A stretch of DNA of 64,000 nt from the human T2T-CHM13v2.0 reference genome, Homo sapiens: assembly GCF_009914755.1 (NCBI RefSeq), contig NC_060925.1. One strand, 5' to 3'. Made by a program: the position numbers and the translations under genes. The notes under the pieces were generated by a model. That model searched no databases, was not told the DNA's origin, and saw nothing but the letters and a program-made list of their open reading frames with translations. This document shows positions 1-13,760 of the stretch, in pieces (position 1 is the stretch's first letter; every line of letters starts with the position of its first letter).

Positions 1-19
1 CTCCATGGTTTCATCTTAT

Positions 20-180
20 CAATAATAATTGATGTTATGACAGATACCACTTAGAGCCAGACACTGTTCTAGGCATTTTACATTCATGATCTTATTTAAT
101 CCTCAAAGCAACTGAGCAAGGTAGGTATTATTAGTCTCACTGTACCAGGAGGAAATTGAGACCTAGAGGCCACAGTGAAT
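20..180 (-). mobile_element. MIR SINE
   Basis: ttatttaatcctca...gtaggtattatt...gaggaaattgagac matches the reverse MIR core. Confidence 0.7.
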
Positions 181-1591
181 TCATCTCTGCTTTTCCCCAG
201 GCCATAGCACCCAAGTTTTCTACGTGGTCACCACCCTTGTGCCCTCTACACCCATTTGCACAGAAGCTGCTTCATGAGGGTTCTCAGGATCTGTATTTGC
301 TTCTGCTCCTGCCTGTCAGTTCCTCAAAAGCCAAGGCTGTGCTCACTAGTTCTCTTCACGTCCTTCCTCTCTAACTCCAAGAGCCCCACAGAAAGCTCTT
401 CGTAAGGTAGGCTCTGGTTCGATGCTGCAACTTCACAGCTAGGATGACATCAGCAGCTGGCACCGCTGGTGGAAATGCAGAAATGAGGAAACAGCCAAAA
501 ACAGAGTTCCCCGATCCTTCTTCACCCCCGACAACTCCTTACTTGCATATATATGCATAAAGGATGAGTCTGCCTAAACACCTTAGAAAAATGCCTACCC
601 TTGAGCGTCCAAGCCTCAGCTGTGTAAATCATCATGCAAATGAGGCAGCAGCTGTGGGCCTGGTTGCCAGAGCCATTTGTGTCCTCTCACACCTAAAGAA
701 AACACAAATACTGGTAGGAAAAGCCCGCTCCTCCAGCCTCATCCCTGCCCTGATGACTCAGGGAGAAACCACACAGTAATTTACCTAGCAGGCTCCAGAA
801 GCAGCCTCTTCACTTCCCTGCCAACCCTCCTCACCCACCCGCACCCCCGCACAGGCAGGGGGAGGTGATAATAAGCAGGCTCTTACCAGCTGTCTTTGCA
901 GGGGCAGCGAAAATGATTGCTCAGCCTTGTTCAGGAGAACATACTCCCCCAGCCCTGGCTAATTCTTGGGCATGTGGGGCATGGGAAGGAAACTGGTGCC
1001 AGGCTGGCTCAGGTCTTAGAAAAGTGTCATTCATCTGGACAGTGCACGGACTTTGTAACAACTTAGTGATGGAACCAAAGCTTACTTTTGTGCCATTTAT
1101 GAGGGAACTAATTTATAAGCAAAGGAACTCAACTATTTGCTCATTTATTCAATGTATACATGACAACACAATAAAGGAGAGTTTTTTTAAAAAAAAAACC
1201 CTAAAAATGGCTGTTATTAGCATGAAAAATCAGCTGTAGCACTTTAGCCTATGGGAGAGAATTAGGCATTTTCAAGTTGTTTCAAGGGTCTTGAGTTTAG
1301 TAAAAAAACAGACCTAGAAATTTCAAATAATGCTTTTCTCTTTATTGAGGTAGATTCACAGAACCCCCTTCTTGTCAACCTCTCTCACTCCATGCAATGA
1401 AAATACATAGCCTTCAAAAAAAATAAAAAAGGCACTTGTGTTTTACAATTTTTAAATAATTTACTTCTTCAAATTTTCAGAATATCTTCCCTACCTCAAT
1501 TATTCTGAATGGATGAGATAACTCAAAAGCATGTTTTTATAAAGTGACTTTGGCTTTGGAATGTATTATTTGGGGTGCATTTGTAAGTCCT

Positions 1592-1750
1592 CTACATTCC
1601 AAGTTTGGTCTGTAGACCAGCAGCATTGGCATCACCTGGAAGCTTGATTGAAATGCAGAATCTTCAGTTCCTGATTCTCCTGGTCCAGGAGCTGCAATTT
1701 AGCAAGATCTCCGGGTGCTTTCAATGCACATTGAAGTTCAAGAAGCACCT
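1592..1750 (+). mobile_element. MER5A (hAT-Charlie MITE)
   Basis: gaccagcagcattggcatcacctggaagcttg...gaaatgcagaatct...tgcacattgaagttcaagaagcac. Confidence 0.75.
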
Positions 1751-2398
1751 GTTGGATATCGTCCTCATGGGCAATGGCCTGACTTTGAGAGTTTTTGCTT
1801 TGCTCCCAATGATGCTAGAAGGGCTGGTTCTCTCGGAGCAAGTGGTAGTGTTCTGAGGACAGCTGGTACTAGACCTTGTTGGGGTTTGGCCTCAAAAACA
1901 GATCAAGTGGGTGGGTTCACACACCATGACCTTGGCAGCTGGCCTCCAGATCAGGAGGAGCAACAAGGACATTTCTTGAGCTACCTGTTGGATTCCCCTT
2001 TCTTGACTTCAGGGAAAGGAGGAAGCCCTCACAAATCCTTTTGCAATCTTCTCCTGTCTCCACTCTTTTATATCTTCAGTGTAACTGAGAGGTTTCACCA
2101 GTCAGGTAACCGGTCTTAAATTTATTTTGTAGTAAATTTTGTATACAGCCTAGCACTTCCTTTAGAAAGTAGCATCTATTGTAACTTGGTAGCTGATTCA
2201 AAATTTCAACATTACATCTTGTGGCATGTATAATAGAAAAAGAACTGGGAAAACCCTAAGTGTTTACCAATTATTGGTTCAATAAATTATAGAACATCCA
2301 TGCCATAGAGTATTAGGCAGTAGTTAAAAAGTATAGGGCCCGTCTCAATGTGTGAACATGAGACAGTGTCCAGGATGTATTACATGAGAAAGCAAATA

Positions 2399-2711
2399 CT
2401 GTCATCCCTCCCTATCCACATGAGATTGGTTCAGGAACAACGCAAAAATACCAAAATCTGAAAGTGCTCCAGTCCCTTATATAAAATGGTATATACTATT
2501 TGTATATAACCTATGCACATCCTCCGTATACTTTAAATCATCTCTAGATTACTTATAATACCCAATACAGTGTAAATGCTATGTAGTGGTTGTTATACTA
2601 TGTTGTTTTTTATTTGTATTATTTATTATTATATTGGGTTTTAAAAATATTATCAATTCACAGTTGGTTGAATCCACAGATGTGGAATTCTCAGATACAG
2701 AGGGCCAACTG
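2399..2711 (+). mobile_element. MER2 (Tigger-derived DNA transposon)
   Basis: Diagnostic tatactttaaatcatctctagattacttataatac; imperfect TIRs; TA TSD on both sides. Confidence 0.88.
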
Positions 2712-2841
2712 TATCTAGTATTACCTCATTTGTGCCTGAAAGAAGAGGAAACGATCTTCATGTATAGTCTTTATGTGCACAGAATATTGCTGGTTGTATA
2801 TCTTAGAACCTGGAATAGCCACTGCTTCTAAACAAAGGGTC

Positions 2842-3150
2842 TTTTTTTTTTTTGAGACAGGATCTCACTCTGTTACCCAGGGTGGAGTGCAGGGGCATGA
2901 ACACGGATCACTGCAGCTTCGACTTCCTGGCTCAAGCAATCCTTCCACTTCCTGGCTCAAGCAATCCTTCCACCTCAGCCTCCTAGGTACTGGGATTACA
3001 GGTACACGCCACCTCGCCCAGCTAGTTTTTGTATTTTTTTGTAGAGAAGAGGTTTCACCATGTTGGCCAGGCTGGTCTTGAACTCCCAGGCTCAAGCGAT
3101 CCACCCACCTCAGCCTCCCAAAGTTCTGGGCTTACAGGCGTGAGCCACCA
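2842..3150 (-). mobile_element. AluJ-like element with an internal 25-bp tandem duplication
   Basis: Reverse Alu consensus; TSD aaagggtctt at 2834-2843 and 3154-3163. Confidence 0.93.
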
Positions 3151-3469
3151 AGTAAAGGGTCTTAAAGGCCGGAGCTGGGAGAAGAATTACTTTCACTGTG
3201 TATTATTTGGTACTTTTGACTTTTTTTTAACTGTCTGTATATATTACATTTTAAATTCCCAAAGGATTATATAGTCATTTAAAAATTATGGTTATGAAGA
3301 TTAATATAGCAGCATGAAAAATTTTTATGATGTAAAGTGAGAAAAGCGAACATCCGTAGTCAGTACGTGCATTCCAATGTCATCTATGTAAAAATGAGCA
3401 AATAAAAAAAGACTCAAAGAAAAATGAACAAAATTTAAGAGTAGTTATGTTACAGCAGTGGGATTTTCC

Positions 3470-3770
3470 ATAGTTATAGAAACCAACTTTATTGATGTAT
3501 AGTTTATATGCAAAAATGCATCCATTTTAAGTATACTATTGGAGGAATTTTGACAAATTTATATACTCATATAACCATCACCACAATCAAAACACAGAAC
3601 ATTTCCATTATCCCAAAAAGTTTCCTTGTACTTTCTCATTCCATCCTGGTGTGCAATCAATGATGAGTTTTCTGTCACTATAAGTTATATCTTGTTTTCT
3701 GTCTCTATGAATTAGAATCATATACTATGTACCCTTTTTGTGTCCTGGCTCCTTTTCCTCAGCATAATAC
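3470..3770 (-). mobile_element. Old L1M 3' end fragment
   Basis: tttattgatgtatag...accatcaccacaatcaa...cagaacatttccatta is typical of reversed L1M 3' UTR. Confidence 0.65.
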
Positions 3771-3774
3771 CACA

Positions 3775-4230
3775 TCCATCCTCTCCTTCTTCCTTAGTAA
3801 CTGCATCCTGGGCAATATCCCCAGCTGAAAGATTACGCTTCCCAGCCTTCCTTGCAGCTAGACGTAGCCATATGACAAAATGACGCCCAATGAAGCATAC
3901 ATAGAAAAGTCATGTGAGACTTCTGGAAAAGCTTCTGTAAAAGTGAGGAGCAGACACCCTTTTCTTTTTCTTCTCCTTTCTCTTGCTGTTGGCCTGGAAT
4001 GTGGACCTGATGGATGGAGCTCTGGCAATCATCTTGGAGTATGAAGTGACCTTAAGGATGAACAGAAAAGAAAATGAGCCTGGGCCTTTAATGACACAGT
4101 GGAGCTGCTCCCAGCTTGGCTACCTTCCTCTTAGTCTGCTTTTATACGAAAATATATATATATCTTGTTTAAGCACAAATATTTTGAGTTTTTCTGCTGT
4201 TTGTTGCTAAAAGTAATTCTAATTGTTCCA
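3775..4230 (+). mobile_element. MLT1 (MaLR) LTR
   Basis: ttcccagccttccttgcagctag...tggaatgtggacctgatgg...tcttgtttaagc motifs. Confidence 0.65.
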
Positions 4231-4313
4231 TAAGCCTTCTAGCACTATTGCATTTTTAAATTATGCATTTTTTGATCAAAAATTAAATTGTAATGTTAAA
4301 AAATAAAACTTTA

Positions 4314-4976
<663 letters not shown>

Positions 4977-5596
4977 TCAAGTATTAATAATTCTCCACAG
5001 AATAAAAGAGAAAATCAAATAACCATCTCAATTGATGCAGAAGAAGCATTTGACAAAACTAATATTCCTTTATGATAAAAATTCTCAGCAAACTAAGAAT
5101 AGACAGGAACTTCTTCAACTTGACAAAGGGCGAATCTGAAAAAAACTACAGCTAACAACATAATTGTGAAAGACTGAATGATTTCCCCTAAGACAGGGAA
5201 CAATGAAAGGATAACTGCTCTGAACATATCTATGAAATATTGTGCTGGAGCCCCTAGCAATGTCTAAGGCAAGAAAAAGAAATAAAAGGCATAAAAGGTT
5301 GGAAAGAAAAAGTAAAACTTTCTCTAATTACAGGTAACATGATTGTCTACGTGGACAATCCTATGGAATCTAAAAAAAAAAAAATCCCAACCCTTCTAGA
5401 ATTAATAAGTGAATTGAGCAAGGTTAAAGGATACCAGGGTGATATATAAAAATGAATATACTAGCAACAAAGAACTGAAGAATTAAAATTTTATAAATCC
5501 CATTTACAATAGCCTTGGAAAGCATGAAATATTTAGGCATACATTTAATGAGTGATTTGTAAGACTTCTACACTGAAGATTATACAACATAACTGA

Positions 5597-5884
5597 GGCT
5601 GGGCATGGTGGCTCCTGTCGGTAATCACAGCACTTTGGGAGGCCAAGGTGGGCGGATGGCTTGAGCCCAGAAGTTCGAGACCAGCCCGGGTCTTGAACGA
5701 GGCGAAACCCCATCTCTATAAAAAATACAAAAATTAGCCAGGCATGGTGGTGCACGCCTGAAGTCCTAGCTACTCAGGTGGCTGAGGCGACAGAATCGCT
5801 TAAGCCTAGGAGATCATGCCACTGCACTCCACCCAGCCTGGGTGGTGGAGCAAGACCTTGTCTCAAAAAAAAAAAAAAAAAAAA
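5597..5884 (+). mobile_element. Alu
   Basis: Alu consensus with poly(A). Confidence 0.92.
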
Positions 5885-7029
5885 TCACTCAGAAAAATTA
5901 AAGAATATTTAAATACATGAATAGATGTATTACCATCTATGAATAGTGAAGACTCACTATTAGCAGGATGTCAGTTTCCTCCACATTGATCTATAGATTC
6001 AGTACAATCCTATGTGAAAACAGCTGGAGTTTTTAGACATTGACGAGCTGATTCTGACATATAAATTTACATAGAATTTTAAAAATAATACAATGAATCT
6101 AAAATAGAAAAAAAATAAGACCAAGATTGTGACAGAGACACACATGAGGTTCTACAATGGCACAGAGGAAGAAAGAATAGCTCTGATTAGGTGACTCGAG
6201 GGAGGCTCCCCAAAAGAGGTGACTGAACAGCGCCAGCATCTGGGTGCTCAGGTAAGCAACTGACTTTTGAAAAAAACTCCCTGCTTGATCCTGGTTGAGA
6301 ACTACGGGTTCAAACAAGGTGGTGCCTGTGGGGACAGAGACGGGAGAACAGATGGAAGACAGGATGGACATGAACACCAACTGGACTTGGTGGAAGAAAA
6401 AAATCCAATTAACTCTGGTTTCCAGCTTGGGAAGCTGGGTGGATAATGATTTCATATTCCAGGATTTGGGAAATGGAAAGCAAATTAGTTTTATACATGG
6501 CAGTGGGGATGAGAGAGAGGTTGAGAGAAAAATGATCTCTATATGCCCTCCAGAGAGCTCAGAAACTCAGTCCTCCCAAGTGGGTCCAGCAGTGCAGAGA
6601 GCTGGAGACAGGCTGACCCCAGCTGCCCTTTAGGTTTTGCCTCCGTGGGGCAGACCCTGCTGCTGAGGAAGTTGTGCTCTGAGCATTAGCTGGACAGCTG
6701 CTGAATCTTAGGGCTCTGAGCTACTATAAAGCAATTTTCTCCATGGTTTCGTTGTTTAGCATGGACTTTGTTAGCCTCTAGACAATTGTCCCTTGGTTTA
6801 GAATGCCGGAACAAATTTGACCAGTGGAGTCCAGTTCCAGGATTCTACTCACATTGTTCCACTGACGAGATTTTAATAAAGGGATATTTCCAGGGATGAG
6901 AGCCAGGTTAGGGAGCCGACCAGGGATGTGGAGGCACACAGGAGCTCTCCATAGTGGAAGCTATTACCACGTGGAGGCTGGAAGGGGCAGAGGGAGAGGA
7001 TGGTATTACTGAGGCCCAGTGGAGATTAC

Positions 7030-7290
7030 AGCCATGGAGGAGGAGCTGGGCCCCTGGAAGAATGCAGCCACTGCCAGGCCAAGCCTCTGAATCAAGAGGG
7101 CGCAGACAAAAAATATCCTCTATCACCACCCTCCTCACCCCTCAGTCTCCAACTGGTGCCTCCCACTGGCTAATGCCGATTGGAAGCCAGCAATCAGGGG
7201 AGCATGAGCAAAGAACGGTAGGGAAGGGACCAGGTGTGTGGGGTCAGGGGCAAGCAAGATACCAACACAGCCACACTGGAACACAGCCTG
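7030..7290. mobile_element. Possible ancient ERVL LTR (LTR33-like) fragment
   Basis: ctggtgcctcccactggctaatgccgattggaagccag resembles an LTR33-type core. Confidence 0.35.
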
Positions 7291-8727
7291 TGTAAAAGCA
7301 GGGGCATGGGTAACTCGGAGGAATGACAGAAAAACCATAGCACAGAAGTCAGGACTCTTGGATCCCTGCCCCAACGCACACTGAGCGTCCTGGGAGGCAT
7401 GCTGCTGGCATCTTAGGCCTCGACTGCTTTGGCTGCAAAATGAGTAGGCTGGACCATTCAGTTGAGTGAACTTTGTGGCCTTCCACAGAGAGTTCTCTGA
7501 CCCTGCTGTAAGTCAGCTGGCCCTCCCACCAAGCACAGACTGTGGCTCGACCCCAGGCAGAGAGGAGTAGTGCTGGGCGAGGGGAGTGCCGGGGAGGCCT
7601 GGGACTGGCCAGCATCTGGGACTAGAGCTGATGCTCCTCTTTTCCAGCAAACCCATGGGACATGCAGAGTCAACAAGGGACTTTTCTTAAACGTACTTTT
7701 CACGGTGGTGAGGTATATTCAAAAAGAAAGAAGAGTATTCATCTCCAGAGAGCAGCAGTTTCACAGACCCGTGTTGCTGTAGCTCCAAGTCCTGGTGCCC
7801 CCTGCTCAGTTCCTGATAACTGAAGATGAAACTTGAACAGCAAAAGGGAAGTTCTCCTGTCTCCTACAGGGTATCAAATCCTGTTTCTAGATGGTTTCAG
7901 TTCTTAAAGACACAGGATTCCATATTTTCTCACCCAATAAGCTGGAGGCAAAGAAGCTTCAGTGACCACCAACCACATTTGCACAGCCCTGGGGTGAAAT
8001 GGGGCTGTACCGCAGAGCCTTTCTGGAATCCGGGTTTGAAAGGGGGTCCCAATATTTCCAACATGTGTCATCTTTCTCCTTATTAATGTAGAGAATTGGT
8101 CCAGGTAAGTGCACAGATTTGCTCAGTCAGCTCTGGGTCCCAGAGGGCCTCTTAGTTTTCTACAGTTTTCTACCTTCCTAGTTTCTACAGGGTCAGATGC
8201 CTCATAGGAGCACATGCTACTGTTTTCTTTTGGAGGTGGGAAGGGCCTGTTCACACTGGCTTCAAAGTTACTCACAGGTCAAGCTCAGGGAGTTGCTCGT
8301 TCCCTTACTGTGCCTATGAAGTGTCCCTGTCCTCTGGGAGGACAGACAGAGACTGGGATCTTGCTGCTTTCAAAGTGTTTGGTCACAAATACACGTTCAA
8401 ATATGTGTTCTGCAGTTTATTTAAAGAGGATAAAGGAGGGAAACAAAAAAGACAAAGAGAAAAATAAGAAAAAGAAAAGGTGGAACAGGTGGTTAGCAAG
8501 GGTTCCCAAGCACGTGGAAATACATAGTAAAGAAAGAAGGTGATGCGTCCACTGAGGAAGAGGAAAGGGAAACGCTACCACAAAGATTTCACTGAGGCCC
8601 AAGGCGTTTTTCTCCTTGAAGTCAGACACCAGACACTGGAAGAGGTGGATACAAGATGCTGTGGCATCTTTCACATCAGAACACAGTCATTTGTTTACTC
8701 ATTTACTTAAATAAACAACAACAATAT

Positions 8728-9132
<405 letters not shown>

Positions 9133-10325
9133 TCACAGAAGTCTTCTGAGGAAGCGGTGTCTAGCTTGTGCCCTAAAGGTGCTTAGGAGTTGGAGAGAAA
9201 TGACGGGGAGGAATAGCAGCTATGAGGGCCTAATTCAGGACAAGGCAGCCCAGGACAGCAGAACAGGTGAGGTGGCTCGGGGACTCTCTGCTCCTTGGAA
9301 ATTACACAGTCAATACATCATGCCCTGACTTTCTCAGTGTCTCTATGCACTTGGGGGTAAATAAACATCTTCCAAAAACACTAGCTTCATTTGACACTGT
9401 TTAAATATATTTTTTAAAAAGGCAAAATCATGTTCTTATTTATACATGAAATATGCAAGTGTTAAGGCTTTTATTTATTGGAAATCACTAATCAATGAGG
9501 GAGCCAAGTGGTTGTAACCAGTTCAAAAGATAATCTGAAAAACAGGCATGTTTCCGGATTTGGAATATCAATATGAATGTGCAAATGGAGGCAAACTGGT
9601 CTTTCCAAGGGAGAGGGAGGAGGAAAATAAATTGATCATCTATGGGCAGGACATAATTTGCATGTCTACAGATAATGACTTTGCATTGTTTTGAATCAGC
9701 TACAATTGACAGAGTTGTCAAAGCTCAAAGACACTGCAAGACTCTTATCAGATAACCTGAGGGGTGTCCCCTAGACAATGCATAGTTTCCTCTTGCATAT
9801 TTTCCCTACGTGGCCAGCCTGTCAAATTCTCTTGCTTTTTGTCTCCTCTGGCCAGGACCACGGGTGATTTGTGTACCCAACTCCTCTGTGCACACATGAT
9901 AAATGAAGTAATCCTAAGCAAATATTAAGGACTTACACGGTAATGATGTTGAACAGATAGAAATGTGATAACTATATTTACAGCATTTAAATGAAATTAA
10001 AGTTAACAACTGAAGAGATTTGTGTCCTGGGTCTATTTCTGTCTCACATCTCCATTATCATCATCAACCTATTGTCACTTTCATCACTGTTATTACAAGG
10101 CCTTTCTTAAGCAACGTCTTTGCTGATTTATGGGAACTCCACATTTACAACAGGCAAACTGACCTAGATGATGAATTATAGGAGCAAAGAAAGTAGGTTA
10201 TGTCCATGCTCTTAAATGGGGAAACAACAATGAGAAATTCATATCACAAATATGAAAGTGATTTTGTAGGGGTTGGAGTAGGGGTGAAGGCTTAACTGGG
10301 ATGAAGACAACTAGGGAGGGAGTAC

Positions 10326-10346
10326 CCATTCAGTCAGTCAGTCACA

Positions 10347-10399
<53 letters not shown>

Positions 10400-10490
10400 T
10401 GCTTACCATGTGCTAGGCATGGTGCTAAGCAAGCAGGCATATAGGAATGAATAAAACACTCTCTGACCTGTTGCTTACAATCTTAGTAGG
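10326..10490 (-). mobile_element. L2 3' end containing a T47 tract
   Basis: cattcagtc...agtgcttaccatgtgctaggc...gcttacaatct matches the L2 terminus. Confidence 0.7.
10351..10397. repeat. Poly(T)47 homopolymer
   Basis: Direct count. Confidence 0.95.
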
Positions 10491-10689
10491 TATGTTCCCT
10501 GTTCAGACCAGATGGGGGAAAGCATTAGATTTCCTCTGACCAAAACAAGACAGGTCTGGAGGTGAGATTTCAGAAGTTGTATGATAAGGGGACCCTTTAA
10601 GGTGTATGTGGGTGAGGGATGTGTCTTTCCCTTGTGTGTCTTGTTTCACCACGATGTACACAATGGGGACTTAAGCTTTCATTGTTTGA

Positions 10690-10875
10690 ACAATAATTTG
10701 TAAATTAATAACTAATCAGTATTTTAATCATTTTTATATTATTAGTATTTATTTTTATAAAAATTATTAGTTTATTGATAGTAATATTGTTTATAATGTG
10801 CATAAATGATTAATATTTAAATATTTATAATTAATATGATTTATGATTAGCATAATTAATTTATTACTAATAAAG
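10690..10875. repeat. AT-rich low-complexity tract
   Basis: Almost exclusively A/T. Confidence 0.75.
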
Positions 10876-12959
10876 ATTCGATATTCCAAATGGTTACAGC
10901 TAATTTGCAAATTAGCTGTAACAATTAAAGAACTTCTGGGAGGTACTTTCATTTATTCTTTCCACTCTCAGCCTCAGGTTGTTGTCCGCCACTGGTGTTT
11001 CTCAAACTTTCTTGCTTTCTCAATTTCAGAAAGTACTGCCTGGTGAATTGAGCCTTCTCTGGGTTTGTGACATTCTGGAAGGTACTTTTTGGTCTTGCCA
11101 TTAGCCTGAAGGAAAGCCTAAGGAAGCTCTGTGAAAGCTGAGGATGCTTGGAAAATGGTCCTTTCTCTCAGGCTTCTGGGCAACAGTAATGATTACACAT
11201 TGTCCAAGAACCTGCCACCCCCAAGTTCAAACAACACAGGGGCCAATTCAGAGCACAGCAGAAGCTTATATCCTACACAAGGCAACCGAAAACTTAACCC
11301 AGTTCCAGATGAGTCTTGACTAAGAAATGAATAGATAAGTAGCAGGTTATTAAGGGAAATCAGGGAAGTTCCAGAGCCCATCTCTGGCCTTTCAGGATGG
11401 TGTGGTAGAATGCAAACAATGGACTCTCCCTTGCACTTTCCCTCAGGGCTGTGGTTAGAATTCTGTGCTAGTAGCCTTCGTTCTGATCTGTGATGATATT
11501 TCTGGTCTTCTCAAGAATATCATACCAGAAAAAGGTGATGCTAGAACAGCCAAGAGAACAGGTGAGCTGTTTCAAGGGGCAGTTTGTCTTGAACACAGCC
11601 TTGGACTTAGGGTTCAAGCCCTTCAAGCATACCACGCCAAGAGCACTACCACTGCTAAATACAAACTTTTGGTGTGGGTCACGCTAATGGTGATGATGTC
11701 CGTGGTGGTGGTGTTGACCACACCTATCTCCTTTGTCTCACAAAAATAGGGTGGGACGCTTTCATCAAGGTGGTCCATTTCCAAATGGGCACTCCAGAAA
11801 AGTTCCCTTGACTCCAAGCATACAACAGTTTCGAGATTTGGGCCTTGGTTAGCCACACCCCCAAACCTCAAATTATGCAGCATTATGGGGGTGTGAGGGA
11901 ACTTCCCCCAGCACACCCTCCTGTGGATTCAGCAAAACCGTCCCAGGAGAAGGGATGATTTAGATTCAGAGAACAAGGATCCCCATTCCCTCCTTCCCTT
12001 TTCCAACCCTCTTTCCTTCTCTTCCTCCTCTCCATTCTTGCTTCTTTCTTTTTGCTCCCTGGCTCTCTTCTACAGGCCTCCTTCATGCAGCACGGATGAC
12101 CCTGCCAGGACTTCCTGGACCTCAAGGGAGGGAAGGTGTGTCACTGAGAGCTGGGGCCTCCCTTTTTTTTTTTTTTTTTTCTAGTTCTTGCTGGGGCAAA
12201 GCCCACAGCCCTGTGTCAGTAAATACCTCCCGGGTGGCGGAGACCCCAGCATTGGTGGGAAAGAAGAGAGGGGCTTTTGGGACTGTCGCTTTCCTGTCTG
12301 TTAAGAGTCATCATTCTTTACCAAGATTTGGGGTCAAAATTGGGTCCTGATTACTGAATGGAAACCCCAAGGTTCAAGGCTGGCTGGTGCAATACAGGGC
12401 GAGATTGCGGACAGGAAGTGGTGTGGCTGTGTGGGTGTGAAGGAAGGACTTCCTCCCTCTCTGACACTTTCTATGCCGAGGGGGCCTTTCTCAGGCTGCC
12501 TTCCTTCCTTCAGCCCAGCAGGCAGCCGCTCTGAGACTTGAGATGCAGATGCCCAGCACAAGTCCTGGTGCCCAGCGGCAGTACGAATAGAACCAGGCAA
12601 ATCCAGTCCTCAGCACCTTGTGTACTACCCTAGTCCCTCCTGGAAGAATACAGCACCTTCTCAGGCTTATACTCTGCAGAACTTTTACTTTTTCAGGTAG
12701 GAGTAGCCCAGGGGACATTTGTTTTTCAGGACTCTGGTCCCATCTCCAGTTATCTCAGAGGGGACATGACCCTCAGCACCATGGGCTGCCTTAGTTTTGC
12801 TTCCCTGCTTCCAAATATATTGCTTTCACATTGAAAGTGGAGGCAGTCTTGATCCTCCCAAAATTCAAGCTCAACCTCAAGCTCAACACAGCAGCTAGGG
12901 AGGAGGACGCCTGATTCAGTGGCTAATTTGAATAAAGTTCTCGATCACAGATAAAGCAA

Positions 12960-13490
12960 TTGACAAATTGCAGCAAAGTAGCTGGATCTGGGAGATATTT
13001 AGGAGACATAATGGACAGGACTGGGTAGATTAGCTTGGGAACACAGAGAAATCAATAGGTTTCTAGCCAGGTGGGTGATGGACCCTTGATTAAATAGGTA
13101 AAAACAGATTGAGAAGCATGTTTGAGGGGAAGATGACGAGATCATGAGTGTATCTTGCGCCACGTTGAGTCGTTGAGTGGAATGTGCTGGAAACATCCTC
13201 CGAGAGACACCTAACAGGCAGCTGGATGGATCCACAGGGCTGCCCGCTGGAGAGAGGACTGGGCTCTGGGTACAGATGGGAAAGTTACCAGCATAGAGAC
13301 AGATGGTGGCTGAGAAGAAGCAGGTAGAGCAAAGAACAAAGGTAAAGGCCATTTTCATAGGCTGTTGGGAAGTAAAGGAAAATAAGACTTGAGATGTGAC
13401 CATTAGATTTAGTGACCAGAGCTTACTGGTAAACTCCAAGGAGTCAGTTTCAGTGAGGGGGTGGGAGAAAAGGCTGGATCTTATGGTAGA
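12960..13490 (-). mobile_element. L2 body fragment
   Basis: aggcagctggatg...gagaggactgggct; gaccattagatttag...agtttcagtgagg motifs. Confidence 0.65.
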
Positions 13491-13499
13491 GCCTGACAG

Positions 13500-13760
13500 A
13501 TATTCACCAAACCCAATTCTTCCTCCCACTGAGCCCTTGGCTAAATTTCATTTCCTGACCTCCCTTGTAGCTGGATGGGGCCAGGTGACCGAGTTCTGGC
13601 CATTGAACTGTGGGGAAGTGATACACCGTCACCTCCAGGACATAGTCCTTTGCCTCATCCCCCATGGACCCTCTCCTCCCCAGCCTCCCGGCCAGAATAG
13701 AGGGGCTGGGGGATGGCAAGGCCTTGAGGGCGCACAGCAAATGGAAGCTAGGGGACTAAC
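13500..13760 (+). mobile_element. MLT1J/K-like LTR fragment
   Basis: catttcctgacctcccttgtag...gtgaccgagttctggccattg. Confidence 0.55.

Noticed and set aside
12160-12735. Plus-strand acceptor-like sites (T-tract-CTAG; ttttcag|gtagg)
   Set aside because: No evidence for a plus-strand transcript or a matching exon structure; such motifs are common by chance.
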